Assembly: GCF_009914755.1 (NCBI RefSeq)
Contig: NC_060929.1
DNA from: the human T2T-CHM13v2.0 reference genome, Homo sapiens
DNA: 64,000 nt
Strand: one strand, 5' to 3'
The notes beneath the pieces are model-generated. The model did not search any database and was not told the origin of the DNA. It saw only the letters and a list, made by a program, of their open reading frames with translations. Position 1 is the stretch's first letter. Every line of letters starts with the position of its first letter. The translations under genes and the position numbers were made by a program. Positions 28,861 through 42,730 of this stretch are shown here, piece after piece.

Positions 28861-29269
28861 AGTTAATCATTTCCAGTTCTATATTAGGACTGAATGGAGA
28901 CTAAGATCAGTTAATTTATTTCACTGATTGATAGGAAAGTCAGAATTCAGATCCAAATCCCACCACTTTCCCAAAATCCACCTTTGGATATTTGGTGTTT
29001 ATGAATTCAAGAGTAATTTATTGAAGGTTTTCTCTGAGGTAGGCCCTCTACTAAGCATCTTACATACATTATTTTATTTATTGTCTGAGAAACCTACTTG
29101 TAAATTAAGTATTATTATTATTCCCATCACATGGATGAGGAAATAAAGGCCTGGAGAGGTTAACTAAGTTCCCCAAGGTTATGTGACAAGTACAGAGCGT
29201 AAATTTACACTCACCTCTTTCCCTTGCCTGTGTCCATGCTAGTAAGTACTATGATTGTACTAGTTAAGG

Positions 29270-29452
29270 CAGTGGCTCTCAAACTTGAGCACTCATCAGA
29301 ACTACCTAAGGAGTTTCTTAAAACACAGCACTGGTGGGCATCCCCTGAGTTTCTGATTCTGGAGGTAGGTGGGGCCAGAAATTTGCATTTCTAACTAGTT
29401 CCCAGGTAATGCCAATGTGGCTGGTCCAGGGACCGCACTTTGAGAACCACCG
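29270..29452. mobile_element. MER5A full-length MITE
   Basis: TIRs cagtggctctcaaact ... ctttgagaaccaccg; internal aatttgcatttctaac..gttcccaggt. Confidence 0.88.
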
Positions 29453-30559
29453 ACTTAGGGTCAACGCAGAACTACAATAACAACAACAAAACTTCAAAAA
29501 CATAATGGTTGTAGTGCAATGTCTTTTTTTCCTCTTTCACATTACAGGCTGGTCGGATATGAGGTTATTCTAGAACCTGGGTTCCTTCCACTTTGTGGCT
29601 TGCCATCCCCTTGGGCACTGTTCTCATCAGCCTGGTGGAAACCAGGTCACTGCCTCATTTACATTGCAACCTGTGGAAAAAAGAAAAAATAGGACTAGAG
29701 CAAGCCAATTCCTGCTAAACCAGGGACACTGAAGTTGCACCCTTTACATTCACACATATTACAATGTGAAAACTGAATCACAGGGCTGAACAGCCACACA
29801 CCCAGCTGACCCACAGCTGGGAACCTGCCACAATCATATGCTGCCATCAGCTTTCTAATTGGTAAAATAATCATCACATATAAATTAGTTAACTCATGCC
29901 AAATTATTAACATTCAAATACAGCAGAATAAAATGTGTCATATGGAATTTTATTAAAATGCACTTTTGATTTACCTAATCCTATAATCTCTAAAACAGAA
30001 GCAACTCTAATCCCTGCCATGTACTTCAAGCAAGTTCAATTTCTTCCTGATATAAACTCTACCCAACAAGCTTTTCCCAGCCTTCACAACACTGTCTATT
30101 TATTAGCATTACGTATACATGCATTATATATAAAGATGTATGTATACATGCAGACATCTATACGTATACATAGATATTGATGCAGTTAAGCCTCAATTTG
30201 TCATAATTTGATTGATTGTGCTAATTTAAAGTAACATTCCACCTATTTAACACAAAGATGTTCTCTCTCTCTGCTGTAATTCCTGTTTCTTTCCTCAATC
30301 CCAGACAGCATCTTTTCAACACCACTGTTCTCTAATTGTCTTATAATAGCTCAGATTAGCAACCATAACATTTCTTAAAGAGCAACATTACATTTGCACT
30401 ACACCGTACAAGTCCTTAGCCATAATTCAATATTTCATTTTAGCCAAACATCACTTCATACCTTTTCTAAGCCCACGTAAGGCTGCTGTAGGTACTTTTC
30501 TATGTGTGTCATCTAGGTAAGCTTTTGTTTGGATTGTTTTTGTTGGGGGGAGAGGGGGT

Positions 30560-31225
30560 TCTTTTATTTAATTTTTATTTTAGATTCAGAGGGTACATGC
30601 ACTTGTTACGTGAGTATTACACGTGTAATGGTGGGGGTTGGGCCTCTAGTGTACCTATCACCCCAGTATTGGACATTGTACCCAGTAGGTGATTTTTCAG
30701 CCATCACTCCCCTTCTTCCCCACTTTGGAGTCCCAGAGTCTATTTTCCCCATGTTATGTCCATGTGTACTTTTTGTTTAGCTCCCACTTATAAGTAAGAA
30801 CATGTGGTATTTGATTTTCTGTGTCTGTGTTAGTTCATTTAGGATAATGGCCTCCAGCTCCATCCATGTTACTGCAAAGGACATGATTTCATTCTTTTTT
30901 ACAGCTTTGTAGTATTCTGGGGTGTATATGTACCACATTTTCTTTATCCAGTCAACTGTTGGTGAACACATAGGTTGGTTCCATGCCTTTGCTGTTGTGA
31001 ATGGTGTTATGATAAACATATGAATGCAGGTGTCATTCTGATAGAATGATTTCTTTTCCTTTGGATAGATTACAGAATGATCTACTGAATTGCTGGGTCA
31101 AATGGTAATTCTACTTTTAGTTCTCTGAGAAATCTCCATACTGTTTTCCATAGAGATTGAATTAATTTACCTTCCCACCAACAGTGTATGAGAGTTCCCG
31201 TTTCTCCACACCCTCACCAACATTG
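30560..31225 (-). mobile_element. L1 (L1MA/L1PB-like) 3' fragment
   Basis: Minus ORF 30777..31019 matches the L1 ORF2p C-terminus (WNQP..DWIKKMWYIYT..KKNEIM). Confidence 0.9.
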
Positions 31226-31534
31226 TTTGGACTGTTTTCTGTCTTAACAATGCATATGCTGCGGAGATTGCATTTGGTCACTGACTCAGATGGTGACTTG
31301 GGGACACACAGGAAATGGGAGCAATAAGGCAGCATTAGCTGGCTTCATAGACGACTAAAAATCTTTGTTATGCCTTTGAATTTGATTTAAAGTCAAGTTG
31401 GAATTCAGCACATTTAGCATGTAAAAACATGCTGTGTCCCCAGGAAACCACAACACCCAGCAGGCAAAGATGCTGCCATGGTTTTGGTCCCACCCACCAT
31501 GGAGCTACATCTACAACCAAAATCCCTGTGTTTA

Positions 31535-31921
<387 letters not shown>

Positions 31922-34334
31922 CTACAGGTACAGTAGTAAAAAGTCTTACCAGCGACAGGTGAGATGTGACTTTCTGTGGCAAGTGGATAGTTTTTACTTG
32001 ATGGTGAATCGTTAAAAGTGAACCAGATGATTAAACTTAATGGAACAGCCACATTAAACTGAAATTAGTAAAAACATGCCTTGGGCAGCCTACAGCCTTT
32101 TATTTGTTGTTGTTTAACTTCTGTCTTTTACAGTGGCCATGATGGATGACATCACAAAAGAAAAAATCCAATTAAAATCTAAGTGCTCAATAAACCCCTA
32201 ATGTCTGATTTTCACCACCACTTTCACAGGCACTGATGTCTTATGTTTCCTTTTTTTCCCAAGAAAAGAACTGGCCCCAGGGGAGTTTGATGGCAGAGGA
32301 GGAGAGTGGGGAGAAAAAGCAGAGGCTTTGGGAGGTTTCTGCTCCGTGTACTCGGTCAGACCCAGAAAATGCACTTTGGAGGGAGGAAGGGGGAGGAAGT
32401 GAAATTGCTTTACTATCAGACGATGCAAAGAGAAGAGATACATTTTCCCACTAGTTTTCAAATATTGATAAATCAGAATTGTGATCTGCAAAGCAACCCT
32501 TGCTCACACTCTTCTCACTCTTCTTTAACGTCTCCTCTGCCCTTTAACATTGTTTCGGGTGTTTGTTCTATAAGTCATCGAAATGGTCTCACCTGACAGC
32601 TAAAAATACATTTCTGATTACTTTTACCTGAATAAATCTTGTGACCAGATGTGGAATTCACCTATTAAGTGTGCAACAATTACATACTGAAACCAATGAA
32701 AGAACTAGTGGAGGAGAGTGTATAATCCAGTGGAATGCAGAGTATAATAAATCATATGTAAAGATAGCAATTGCCCCCCGCCGCCCAGTTAAAGAATACT
32801 GGCTTTTGATCACAGATTTTACCTTAGAGATACCATGTGTCTGTAAAATTGGGTTTTCAAAGTCTTCAAAACAAAGTTCTCAAAAGTCAAAATAGGAGAA
32901 AAAGCATGCTGATTATAAACTAAGAGTTAATAACGGTAGCACTCTCTTAAATTTGGGAGGCACTTTGTAATCTATAAGACCCATATTATGCTTTTGTTGC
33001 ATGTTTACATGGTGGTTAATGTACTATTTGCATGTGGTCTTCAATTAGATCTTCACAACAGCCTGGCCATGTAGCTCTTATTATCCTCATTTTGCAGATA
33101 AGAATCCTGGCTGAGGGAGGTTAATTGACTCTGCTGTGTTCTTACACTTGCTGAGTGAAAAAGAATGAACATGGCTCATGCCTAGGAACGTGCCCCCCGC
33201 ACTGTGCCAGGCTGCTGACCACAGCTGCCCTAGAGCAAGGATCCGCCAGGTGGTGACATTGCTTTCCTTACTCATGGGTTAATGAAATAGCTTTTTAAGA
33301 GCCTCTTCAGTCATTCGAATTTGACGATGGAGAGTTAAACTTTCCCCAGTGGCTCTTTGTGTGTCATGATGGTTTCAGCGTTTCCTTAGCATATCCCATC
33401 ACTCAAATCATGGGATGCTCTTGTTTTACATTTCTGATTGCATTTATCTCACTTCTAAGCAATTTCCTCCCCATTCGAATTTATCTTCCATTATTTCTGC
33501 CAAATTGCTTTCAAGACTACTAATTATATGAATAATATTCTCTTCCCCAAACACCACGATTAACTAGCTTTTGCTGTGTTACATTAAACACGGTTTCTCT
33601 ACCTCTAAATATGAGGAAGTTGCACCAAATAATCTATAAAGCCTCTTCCTGCGCTCAAGAGTTAATCTTCAGACTCTTTTCCCATGAGCTGTGTGATTTT
33701 GGAAACATAGCACGCACCGGATTCTCAGTTTTCTTGACTCTACAATGATGGATTTTAAATTAGTTCATGTTTCCCAAAGTATCTTTTTTGGAAAACTGGT
33801 ATGGGGGATATCGATATAAGTTACACCCAAAAAGGATTCTTTAAACAAGACAGGGAAAACTAAATTACACAGAATCAAATGTAGTTTCAAACTGCAGACA
33901 CTCAGAGCCTTTGACATGTCAACAGTGACTCTAAGAAAGAGGCCGTATATAAAGTATTTCTTTCCCTCAGCACTTCCTGTAAATGATATTACATGGAATA
34001 CACTTTTAGACTAGGTTGGATTATTTTTAAAGTCTCTTTTTGCCCTAAGAGTCTATTTTCAAATGTGTAATGCTTCTCCGAGCATTTTGTGCAGTATTAA
34101 CCAACAAGAGAAAGACTTGGCATAACTGTTGTTGCTGTTGTTGTAGCATAGCCCATATTCTGTTTAGACAGAATTGAAACAAGGTAGAGAGTAGCAGCCT
34201 TCCCACTAACACTAACTTCTCTATATACCATGGATGCTTAAAACTCTGGGGGTTTATAAATAGTCCTCCTCAATAAAAAGCACTTTTCGAAAATTTGCAA
34301 ATAGGGTTAAATTATCTGAAAACCTGCAGACTGA

Positions 34335-34409
34335 ATATATATATATATATGTGCGTGTGTGTGTGTGTATGTGTGTATATGTATATATATGTGTGTGCAT
34401 ATATATATA

Positions 34410-34450
<41 letters not shown>

Positions 34451-34463
34451 TTGTGTATATATG
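34335..34463. repeat. (TA)n/(TG)n compound microsatellite
   Basis: About 130 bp of alternating purine-pyrimidine sequence. Confidence 0.92.
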
Positions 34464-35533
34464 TCCTATAGACCTATAGTTAGGTCTAGGTACCATCTAA
34501 AGGTATCATCTAACCTTTTGCTGGGTGGGAAAAAGGGAATTTAGGAAACAATAGGAAATCAACACTGTGGATATAATCTCTGGGAAAGGAAACATGGACT
34601 ACTTATCCAAGTTAGGATTCTCATCTTCTATTTCCACGGTATCCTTAGTATTCATTTAATTCCAACTTTTACCCAAACCCATTTCACTGACAGTTAGTCA
34701 TCAGAGTCTCTGCTTGATTACCTTTAGGAGCAGGGAACTCACCACTCATAAGACAGACTATTTCAATTTTAGGTTGGCTCTAATTATTAGAAGGTCCTTT
34801 CCTATCTTATACTTAAGTATAAATATGAAATGCTATTGTTCCAAGTGACCTGTAAATTATCTAGTCAGGTGATTTTCAAGGTATTGCCCTTGGCAGCACT
34901 TAGGATATTTCTCAAATGCTTTGAGTTGAATTTCTTAAATAAATAAATAAATATCACATCTTCCCAGAAAAAAATGATTATAATCTCTATCACTAAAGAC
35001 TCAAGGAGGTTGCCAAGCTTCCCTAAATTCACCAAGATAATAAATGTAAGGTAGAAATAGAATATACCCAAGTCTCTCTGATTCAAAAATCAAAGTCCTT
35101 TTCTAAATAGGATATTGCTTCCCTAATATGTTTGTGTACATGCAAGTGAGGGCGAGAGTGTATTAGTGGAATGTGAAAGCTGTAGTGAAAAATAGGAAAA
35201 TCGTGAAAAGAGTCTCATTCCAGCCACCCTAATACGTCCTTGGCCACCTTGCTATTGCTCTTGCCTTTTGTTTTCCCTTCTTCAAAATAAAGATTACTAA
35301 ATTTTCTCCCAAACTCTGTTCCAGTTCTGAAAAATTCCATGATTATAAGGAAACATGTTCATTAATGAATGGTATTTACCATTAAGAGGTTACGTAAATA
35401 GTAAAAAAAAAAAAACTTGTATTCCTTAGAAAGAATTTAATAAAAGTTAATGTAGCATGCACCAAAAAGACAAAAACAGTTTAGAACCACATGCTTGACT
35501 TTTACTTTCTTTAATTTTTTTTTTCTACACTAG

Positions 35534-35828
35534 TTACATTCAGACCAGGATAGAGGAGATGGATCACTTAAATATATCCTTTCAGGAGATGGAGCAGGAG
35601 ATCTCTTCATTATTAATGAAAACACAGGCGACATACAGGCCACCAAGAGGCTGGACAGGGAAGAAAAACCCGTTTACATCCTTCGAGCTCAAGCTATAAA
35701 CAGAAGGACAGGGAGACCCGTGGAGCCCGAGTCTGAATTCATCATCAAGATCCATGACATCAATGACAATGAACCAATATTCACCAAGGAGGTTTACACA
35801 GCCACTGTCCCTGAAATGTCTGATGTCG
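35534..35828 (+). CDS. CDH6: CDH6 exon 3 (EC1 and start of EC2): [22 protein letters not shown]...LDREEK...QAI...DINDNEPIF...PEMSDV
   Basis: Acceptor tttttctacactag|TTACAT, donor G|GTGAGT; 295 nt; translated by hand because it is not in the ORF track. Confidence 0.96.
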
Positions 35829-37221
35829 GTGAGTGAGACGTGACTTCAGCCAAAAGCTGGCTTTCCCCTAGTGCATCCACTGAGTAAGGAATCCCACGAG
35901 CTCAAAGTACTGAACTGCATGAATTTAGATGCTAACTTCTTCAATCCATGTATGTCCTTTCTGTAAGTGCATATGTTTCCTAATATTACTCTAGTCTCAT
36001 TTTGTGATTATTTTAAAAACCACATTTCCTCTAAAGAGGGTCTGAAAAGTGGCAGGGTGGGAGTGGGAGGTTGAAAGAGAGACCATCTCCTTTCTCTCCC
36101 ACCCTAAATGCCCATTCTCTTTCTTGGGCTGAAAGATAGCAACCTTCTCCACTTCTCTTAGCCTATGTGGGTGTTAGGGTCCAAGTAACAATCTCCCAAA
36201 TAGAAAATAAAAGCTTACATTTACAATCCAGTCTAAAAAGTAGTGATAGTTGCTTTAAGTAACTAGTAACTGTATATTTGGGAAGGAGATCAAAGAACTT
36301 TTTTTAATCCATAAACAATAGGCACGTTATGTCTAGGGAGTGGATCCTTTACTACATGGTGGAAATGAAAAGACTTTCATAACATACATAGAGTGAATTA
36401 ATATTTTTTACACAATACCTCTACTTTTTTAAATAACTAGTGGATTTAATTTGTTTAAATTGAGAGAAGTAAACAGGATTTAAATTAAGAAAAAGAATTC
36501 TACTGACATCACTCTTAGCCACATTGAAATACTTCATGGGAGACACTGACAAATTTTAAACTACTTATATAAAGGATTATTTTTATTTTCACTCTGTCAG
36601 ATTCAAAAGGGCTGAAATTACATATTAACTTTATTATGATTCTGTCAGTTAGATATCAGAGACATTGTAGTTCACAGATCCAAGACATAGAAAATAACAA
36701 ATCCATGGAAATCGTTGTAAAACATCTACATTTTTCTTATGAAGAAATTGCTTTTCTCATTATTTAAAGCCACTTTGTTTTGTTACAAAAATTGCAAGCC
36801 TCACAAAGCAAAGAGGGAGATGACTGGAATTTTGTTTTTTCTTCTTCTTCTTCTTCACTGCTTATAGCAGCAATAGAATGGCATTCTTTAAATTTGTTAG
36901 GAAAAAAATTTCTCCTCTACGTGGTAAAAGGCAGAAGAATTCATGAAGAATAGTCTCTTCATCAGCACCACTCAGGGCAACTGTAACCAGCTATGCAGGT
37001 ATTGCACTGCACAACTCTAGGGAGTGCCATTCACTTTTGAAGCCATTATAGAATTAAATTTGTATTACAAACATTTAGGGGTAGTTGACAGTAACATGTC
37101 TTGAGAAAAATAAAAAGGCTTTTTTCAGTTTGCACACAGACACAGTTATGGTGACATTGATCATCCTTAATTGATATCTCATTATTGTGATTATAGAAAG
37201 GCATCTTCGAGAAATTACATA

Positions 37222-37470
37222 AAGGCAGTGGGACAACAGCATGGGAGCAAAAATGGACTTTGGTATCAAACAGAACTGAATTTGAAACTATCTCCACTAA
37301 GAACCAGCAGTGTAGCCCTGGGCAAATTATTTGATTTCTCTGATCCTCTAGTTTTGTATCTTGAAAAAATAAATAATAAATGTCAACTCCAAAGGGCTAT
37401 CATGAGGATTAGATGATAAAACAGGTACAGAGTCCCTAGTACAATATCTGGCAACGAATAGACATTTAAA
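37222..37470 (+). mobile_element. MIR SINE
   Basis: ggactttggtatcaaacag..ctgggcaaattatt...tgaggattagatgataa...agcac-like 3' region. Confidence 0.7.
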
Positions 37471-38189
37471 ATGTCCAGATATCATATTCTAAAGCAATCA
37501 AATTTTGTGTTAATGTTAAATAAGAACTTGAGTGTTGGTTGACTTGACTCACCCTAAAATCATAAGATGTTCTCAGTCTCCCCACCTCCCTTGCCAAATT
37601 ACAACGGTGGGTGGTCTGTTTTGTGCATCAGCACTATACATTCAGGGCATCCAACCCTAACATACTACAATCTATTTCTTCGATAAGTGAAATTGGCTAT
37701 ATAATACAAAAGCAATGTAGAATTCCTAATATTCCCTGGATGTAACTTACCTACCCCTTTCATGGAAAGGGGAACTCCAGCAGTATGCTTACTGGTTATC
37801 TGATACAAATAACAAAAAACAGCCATTAAGTGATCTTAATCCGAGACTCTTATCCTTTCGGGAAGTCACAGAGCCCTTTGAGGATCATATAAAATCTACA
37901 GAATTTCTCCTCAGTGAAATAGACATGTAGGCATACACATGAAAATTTATGTGGAATTTCAGGGGGTTAGGAATACTTTGAAGATTATTAGGCAACTGTG
38001 GTGTCTAAAATAAGAATGCTGATCTGAAATGTAATAGCCTTCTTTGTATATTTAAGTATAATGACCTTTTGGAATTGCAGATTCCAGATGTTTGTGCTTT
38101 GCTGTTCCAATTCATTGATTCTTTATGTAATCCATAACTACATTCTTTAAGTTTCAAGGTCTTTCAACCGTTTAGAACTATCAGATAGA

Positions 38190-38640
38190 TTTATCATTTA
38201 GGATGCTTTTATTGGTAAGTAACAAGAAATCCAACTCGAACTAGTTTAAACAACAACAAATAAGTATTTATTTGTCACATTACTTAAGTCCAAAAGTAAA
38301 GCGGGCTTTGGACAGGATTTGATCTGAGTTCTAGCTGTTTTTCTGTGATTTTCTATTCTATCAGCTTTGTCCTCAGGCTGGCATTTCTAAGATCACAAAA
38401 TAGCTGCTGCAAATGTATATCAGCACATTACGGTCCAAGAAAAAGAGTATCTATGACAGAATTTCCAGCAAAATCATGAGTGGCCCCTGATTGGACAATT
38501 CCTAAACTAATTCCTGTGGACAAAGGAAGCAAGATGCTGATTGACTTTGTCCTGGATAACTCGAAAGAATCACTAAAGCAAGAGTCCAGTCAAATCCCGC
38601 CATTGGAGATGGGTTGGAATCAGTTCCACCCCAAGTCATG
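38190..38640 (-). mobile_element. Old MLT1 (MaLR) LTR relic
   Basis: taggatgctttt..taagtaacaagaaatccaactcgaactagtttaaaca. Confidence 0.55.
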
Positions 38641-38863
38641 ATCATTCCCATGCTTTTCTGTAACCTAATCCTTAAAATATTTCTAAATGTTGATTGTATT
38701 TCTTTAAAGAATCCAATCCTTTTTCACCCAGCATCCTACCAAAGTTCTCGACTTCCTCAGCATGATATTTCCATACAAAATTAAGATCGTGCTGGTTTTG
38801 GTGTGTGTCAAAGATTGATATGAACTCTTGATGTGTTTTCAGTTTATATTTCTGTCATTACAG

Positions 38864-38983
38864 GTACATTTGTTGTCCAAGTCACTGCGACGGATGCAGA
38901 TGATCCAACATATGGGAACAGTGCTAAAGTTGTCTACAGTATTCTACAGGGACAGCCCTATTTTTCAGTTGAATCAGAAACAG
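38864..38983 (+). CDS. CDH6: CDH6 exon 4 (EC2): (G)[39 protein letters not shown]
   Basis: Acceptor cattacag|GTACAT, donor CAG|GTTAGA; 120 nt, phase 1-1. Confidence 0.95.
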
Positions 38984-39299
38984 GTTAGACTTTTTGATCT
39001 TCCTTTTTATAATCTATAATTTTAATTGACATGCTCAGCTGAGCTAGCATATTTTTAATAAAAATAATCAATGTGATTGGATTTTCTTGCATACATCCAC
39101 CAAACACTAATGATATATTTGTAAACATGACATCTGAATCATTTTAATCAAAAAATCTGGCAATGAATCTTTCACCCACCCTTTCTATGGAGTAGATTGA
39201 GAAAAATTATGTATTGCCTTAGTTTTCTTCCAGTTTGGGGTGAAGCTAAAAGGTAAACCCCTTTTTGATAGTATTGGCCTGTTTACAGATATTCAGAAT

Positions 39300-39650
39300 C
39301 TTCTTTTTCTAATTATTTAGTAGGATTGTGTCTCTCTATTCTGCTCTGAAATTAGATGTAGCCATGTGATTTATTTGGGTGAATAAAATGTGATAATGAT
39401 ACAAGTCGCTTCTAATTAAAATTTTCAAAGCTGGTACACAATCTGCCACATTGCTGTCCCTTGCCACAGTGATCATGGAAACCAATGTTGAGATGTAGTC
39501 TGTAGCCTGAATGTCTGAGTGGTATGGTGAACAAAGCTACCTGCTTACCTGCTCAGAGCATGAGTGAAAAATAAACTTTAGTTGTGTGAAGCCACTAAGA
39601 TTTTGCATTGTTTGTTATCAAATCATTGTCTAGCCCATCCTAACTGATGG
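39300..39650 (+). mobile_element. Old MLT1 (MaLR) LTR relic
   Basis: 3' end catgagtgaaaaataaacttt..gtgaagccactaagatttt..ttgtttgtta...ctagccc..ctaactgat. Confidence 0.65.
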
Positions 39651-41038
39651 AGTCCTAATCAAAGTGAAATGCCATCTGGAATCCTCTTTTCAACATCTCA
39701 TTTTTCTGTTTTCTGTATTTTCTCCACAAAGTAGCAACCTATCTTATAATGATTTGTTTTTAGCAAATATCATTTGTATTGTACAGTAAATTGCACACAT
39801 ATTTTTATCATAATGAGTCAATTTCCTTTTATACATTTTTTAAACATCCATTATTCTTAGTAGAAATCAAAACTTCCCTAGGTTCCCACATCCAGTTGGA
39901 AATCTCTGTGTTAAGTGCTGCAATGAACTTGGAAAGAATCCCAAGGAGAAAGAAAATGTTGAGTTGAAAAACAATGAGGATGAAAAATTAGAATTATTCA
40001 ACTTAAAGGACAAAAGGCTGAGGTGATCTCCTGTATTTAAATAGAGAAGTACTATTATTTGGAGAACAGAAAGCAGCCGCACTTTCACTGAAGGCAGGAC
40101 TATAGGAATAAAATTGACCTGTTGTCTGAAGTATTCTTGTTAAAAATTTTAAAAAAGATATTTTCGCTTCATTAGTTGTTAAGCACTAGAATGTGTTTCT
40201 GCAGAAGGTTATAAAGGCTTCTCCAGTGAAATTTGAAAGAAAGTTAATTTAAGCATAAACCTTACATAGAAATTGGGCAAACTTTTAGAAGTTCTTTAAC
40301 TATTTTATAACAACCTAACAACAGAGATAAATTTAACCTAACTTAAAAATTTTGGTTGTCATTGGGGCCAGTTGAACTAAAGTTCACGGTCAGCTTTAGG
40401 AATTCTAAAAGGCTGAAAGACCTTGAACCTTAATTCCAAAATTCTCTAGAATCATACAAGATGATCATTATGAGAGAATTGATGTTCTATTTTCTAAAGA
40501 CCATAGTTTTACAATTTAGAAAATCCTCAGAGCATTCGTTATGGTAGGTGTATCTGAGGGATAATTAGCTAATCCATAATGGGAAACTCAACAGTCAGTT
40601 CAAGTATGTGGCTTTCCTAACAATTTCCTCATAATTCACCTAAATGTCTTTTATCAAGCATATTATAGTATACCTTTATACCACAAGCCATTTTAGATTC
40701 TGCTGTGTCATCTTATAACACTTAATGTTTATACATCCATAATGTAATTATAATATTGAGTGTCTTATAACCCTTAATAGTCTATACTATTGCAGAATCT
40801 GACTTGTACTTATTTTTATTCTCCTTGTATTACAGGCTTTTTTTAATGTATCTATCTCCCCTGTGTGGTTGTAATATCCTTCAGTATAAAGGCTGCATAT
40901 AATTATTTTTATATCACCATGACATCTGCATAGCATTTTGCATATTGTGGGTGACAGTTTATGTTGTTTGCATAAATCAATGATTCCATAAAGTATTCTT
41001 AATGCATCCCTTTGCACTCTTAAATTTCACATCCACAG

Positions 41039-41206
41039 GTATTATCAAGACAGCTTTGCTCAACATGGATCGAGAAAACAGGGAGCAGTACCAAGTGGTG
41101 ATTCAAGCCAAGGATATGGGCGGCCAGATGGGAGGATTATCTGGGACCACCACCGTGAACATCACACTGACTGATGTCAACGACAACCCTCCCCGATTCC
41201 CCCAGA
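41039..41206 (+). CDS. CDH6: CDH6 exon 5 (EC2): (G)[55 protein letters not shown]
   Basis: Lies within ORF 41002..41220; acceptor atccacag|GTATT, donor AGA|GTAGGA; 168 nt. Confidence 0.95.
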
Positions 41207-42412
41207 GTAGGAACATTTGATTGAATGAATTTCTTCAATGTGCTTTTATAAAACTCGAACTTTAAGAATTTTTATTTTCCATTGTCATCATTATTGTCAA
41301 AGTTAGTGGACTTAAGAAGAACTGGTACTTTTATTAAAAATGAGTTGACAACATGGCATACACTCAGGAAATGTGAACATTTATGTTCCTCTATTGGTAA
41401 TTACCTGAGTGATTTCTGCTGTTGTTGTAAAGGCAACATCATTGTTTCATTTCTCCTTATTAAGAAAACTACCACAGACATAAATCTGCTCATGCAGAAC
41501 ATATGTATACAAGCATGCTGCAATTTGTTGGAAAAAATTTGACTTTATGTTTTGTGAATTTAATCAGGCATGTAATCTCTTTTAAATCCTCACAAAGCTT
41601 TATAAGGGGAGGATTTATTATTTTACTGTTTCTAAAAATACAACTGTGGAAGTAACTAGGTACTTAATCCATTTGTAATCATAAGTCGTTTTCTACATTA
41701 TGGTTAGTTGAGATACCGAAAGTTGTCTCCAAAATCATTAACTCTAGTGATTAGATAAAAGGAAGAAGAAGGAAAAACAACCTCCATGAATACCAACTTG
41801 GTATCAGGAGTATGCTAAAAATTCTCACATAGAGCTACCCAAGAGGGAACTAGTTTTAACGTAACTTTTCATCCAGGAACAAAATCCCTTTGGGACCATG
41901 ATCTCCTACGAAAGCTATCTCAATTATTCAATAGAAAACCCACTCATTCTATCATGGCATTTTAAAAAAACTAATCAGCTGATACGGGCTTCCTTTAGGG
42001 TAGAGCTATACATGGATCAATAGGAAGTAGTTTTATTTTCTTTATTTTTTCAAGTTTTTAATCAGAGTTAGCTAAATGCAAAAAGATCAGAGCTAATTAA
42101 AGAATATCTCATATAACAAGTAGAAGAAAGGTTCTATGAGGCCTACCATTTCCCTTACAGAGGCCTGAAATGAAAACTATTAGGATCACCAACAGTTTGC
42201 CCAAAACCTACTTTTTAATATGGAGATTCCCTGGGGAAGAATAACATAAGGATTCCCCCGCACCCTGGTACCACAGGAATTTATAACTCACTCTGCTCTG
42301 CTTAGATAGCCTGTGACTTGTTAATGAGCAATATGCCAAGGCAAGGGAGGGAGAAGTTAGAAAGGGGCAGGAGGCCCTAAAAATGGAAGTTGAAAACACT
42401 AGAGAATACTTA

Positions 42413-42730
<318 letters not shown>

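Noticed and set aside
28862-28874. HNF1-like motif GTTAATCATTTCC (CDH6 is kidney-expressed)
   Set aside because: Two mismatches to the consensus in AT-rich DNA; indistinguishable from background without ChIP data.
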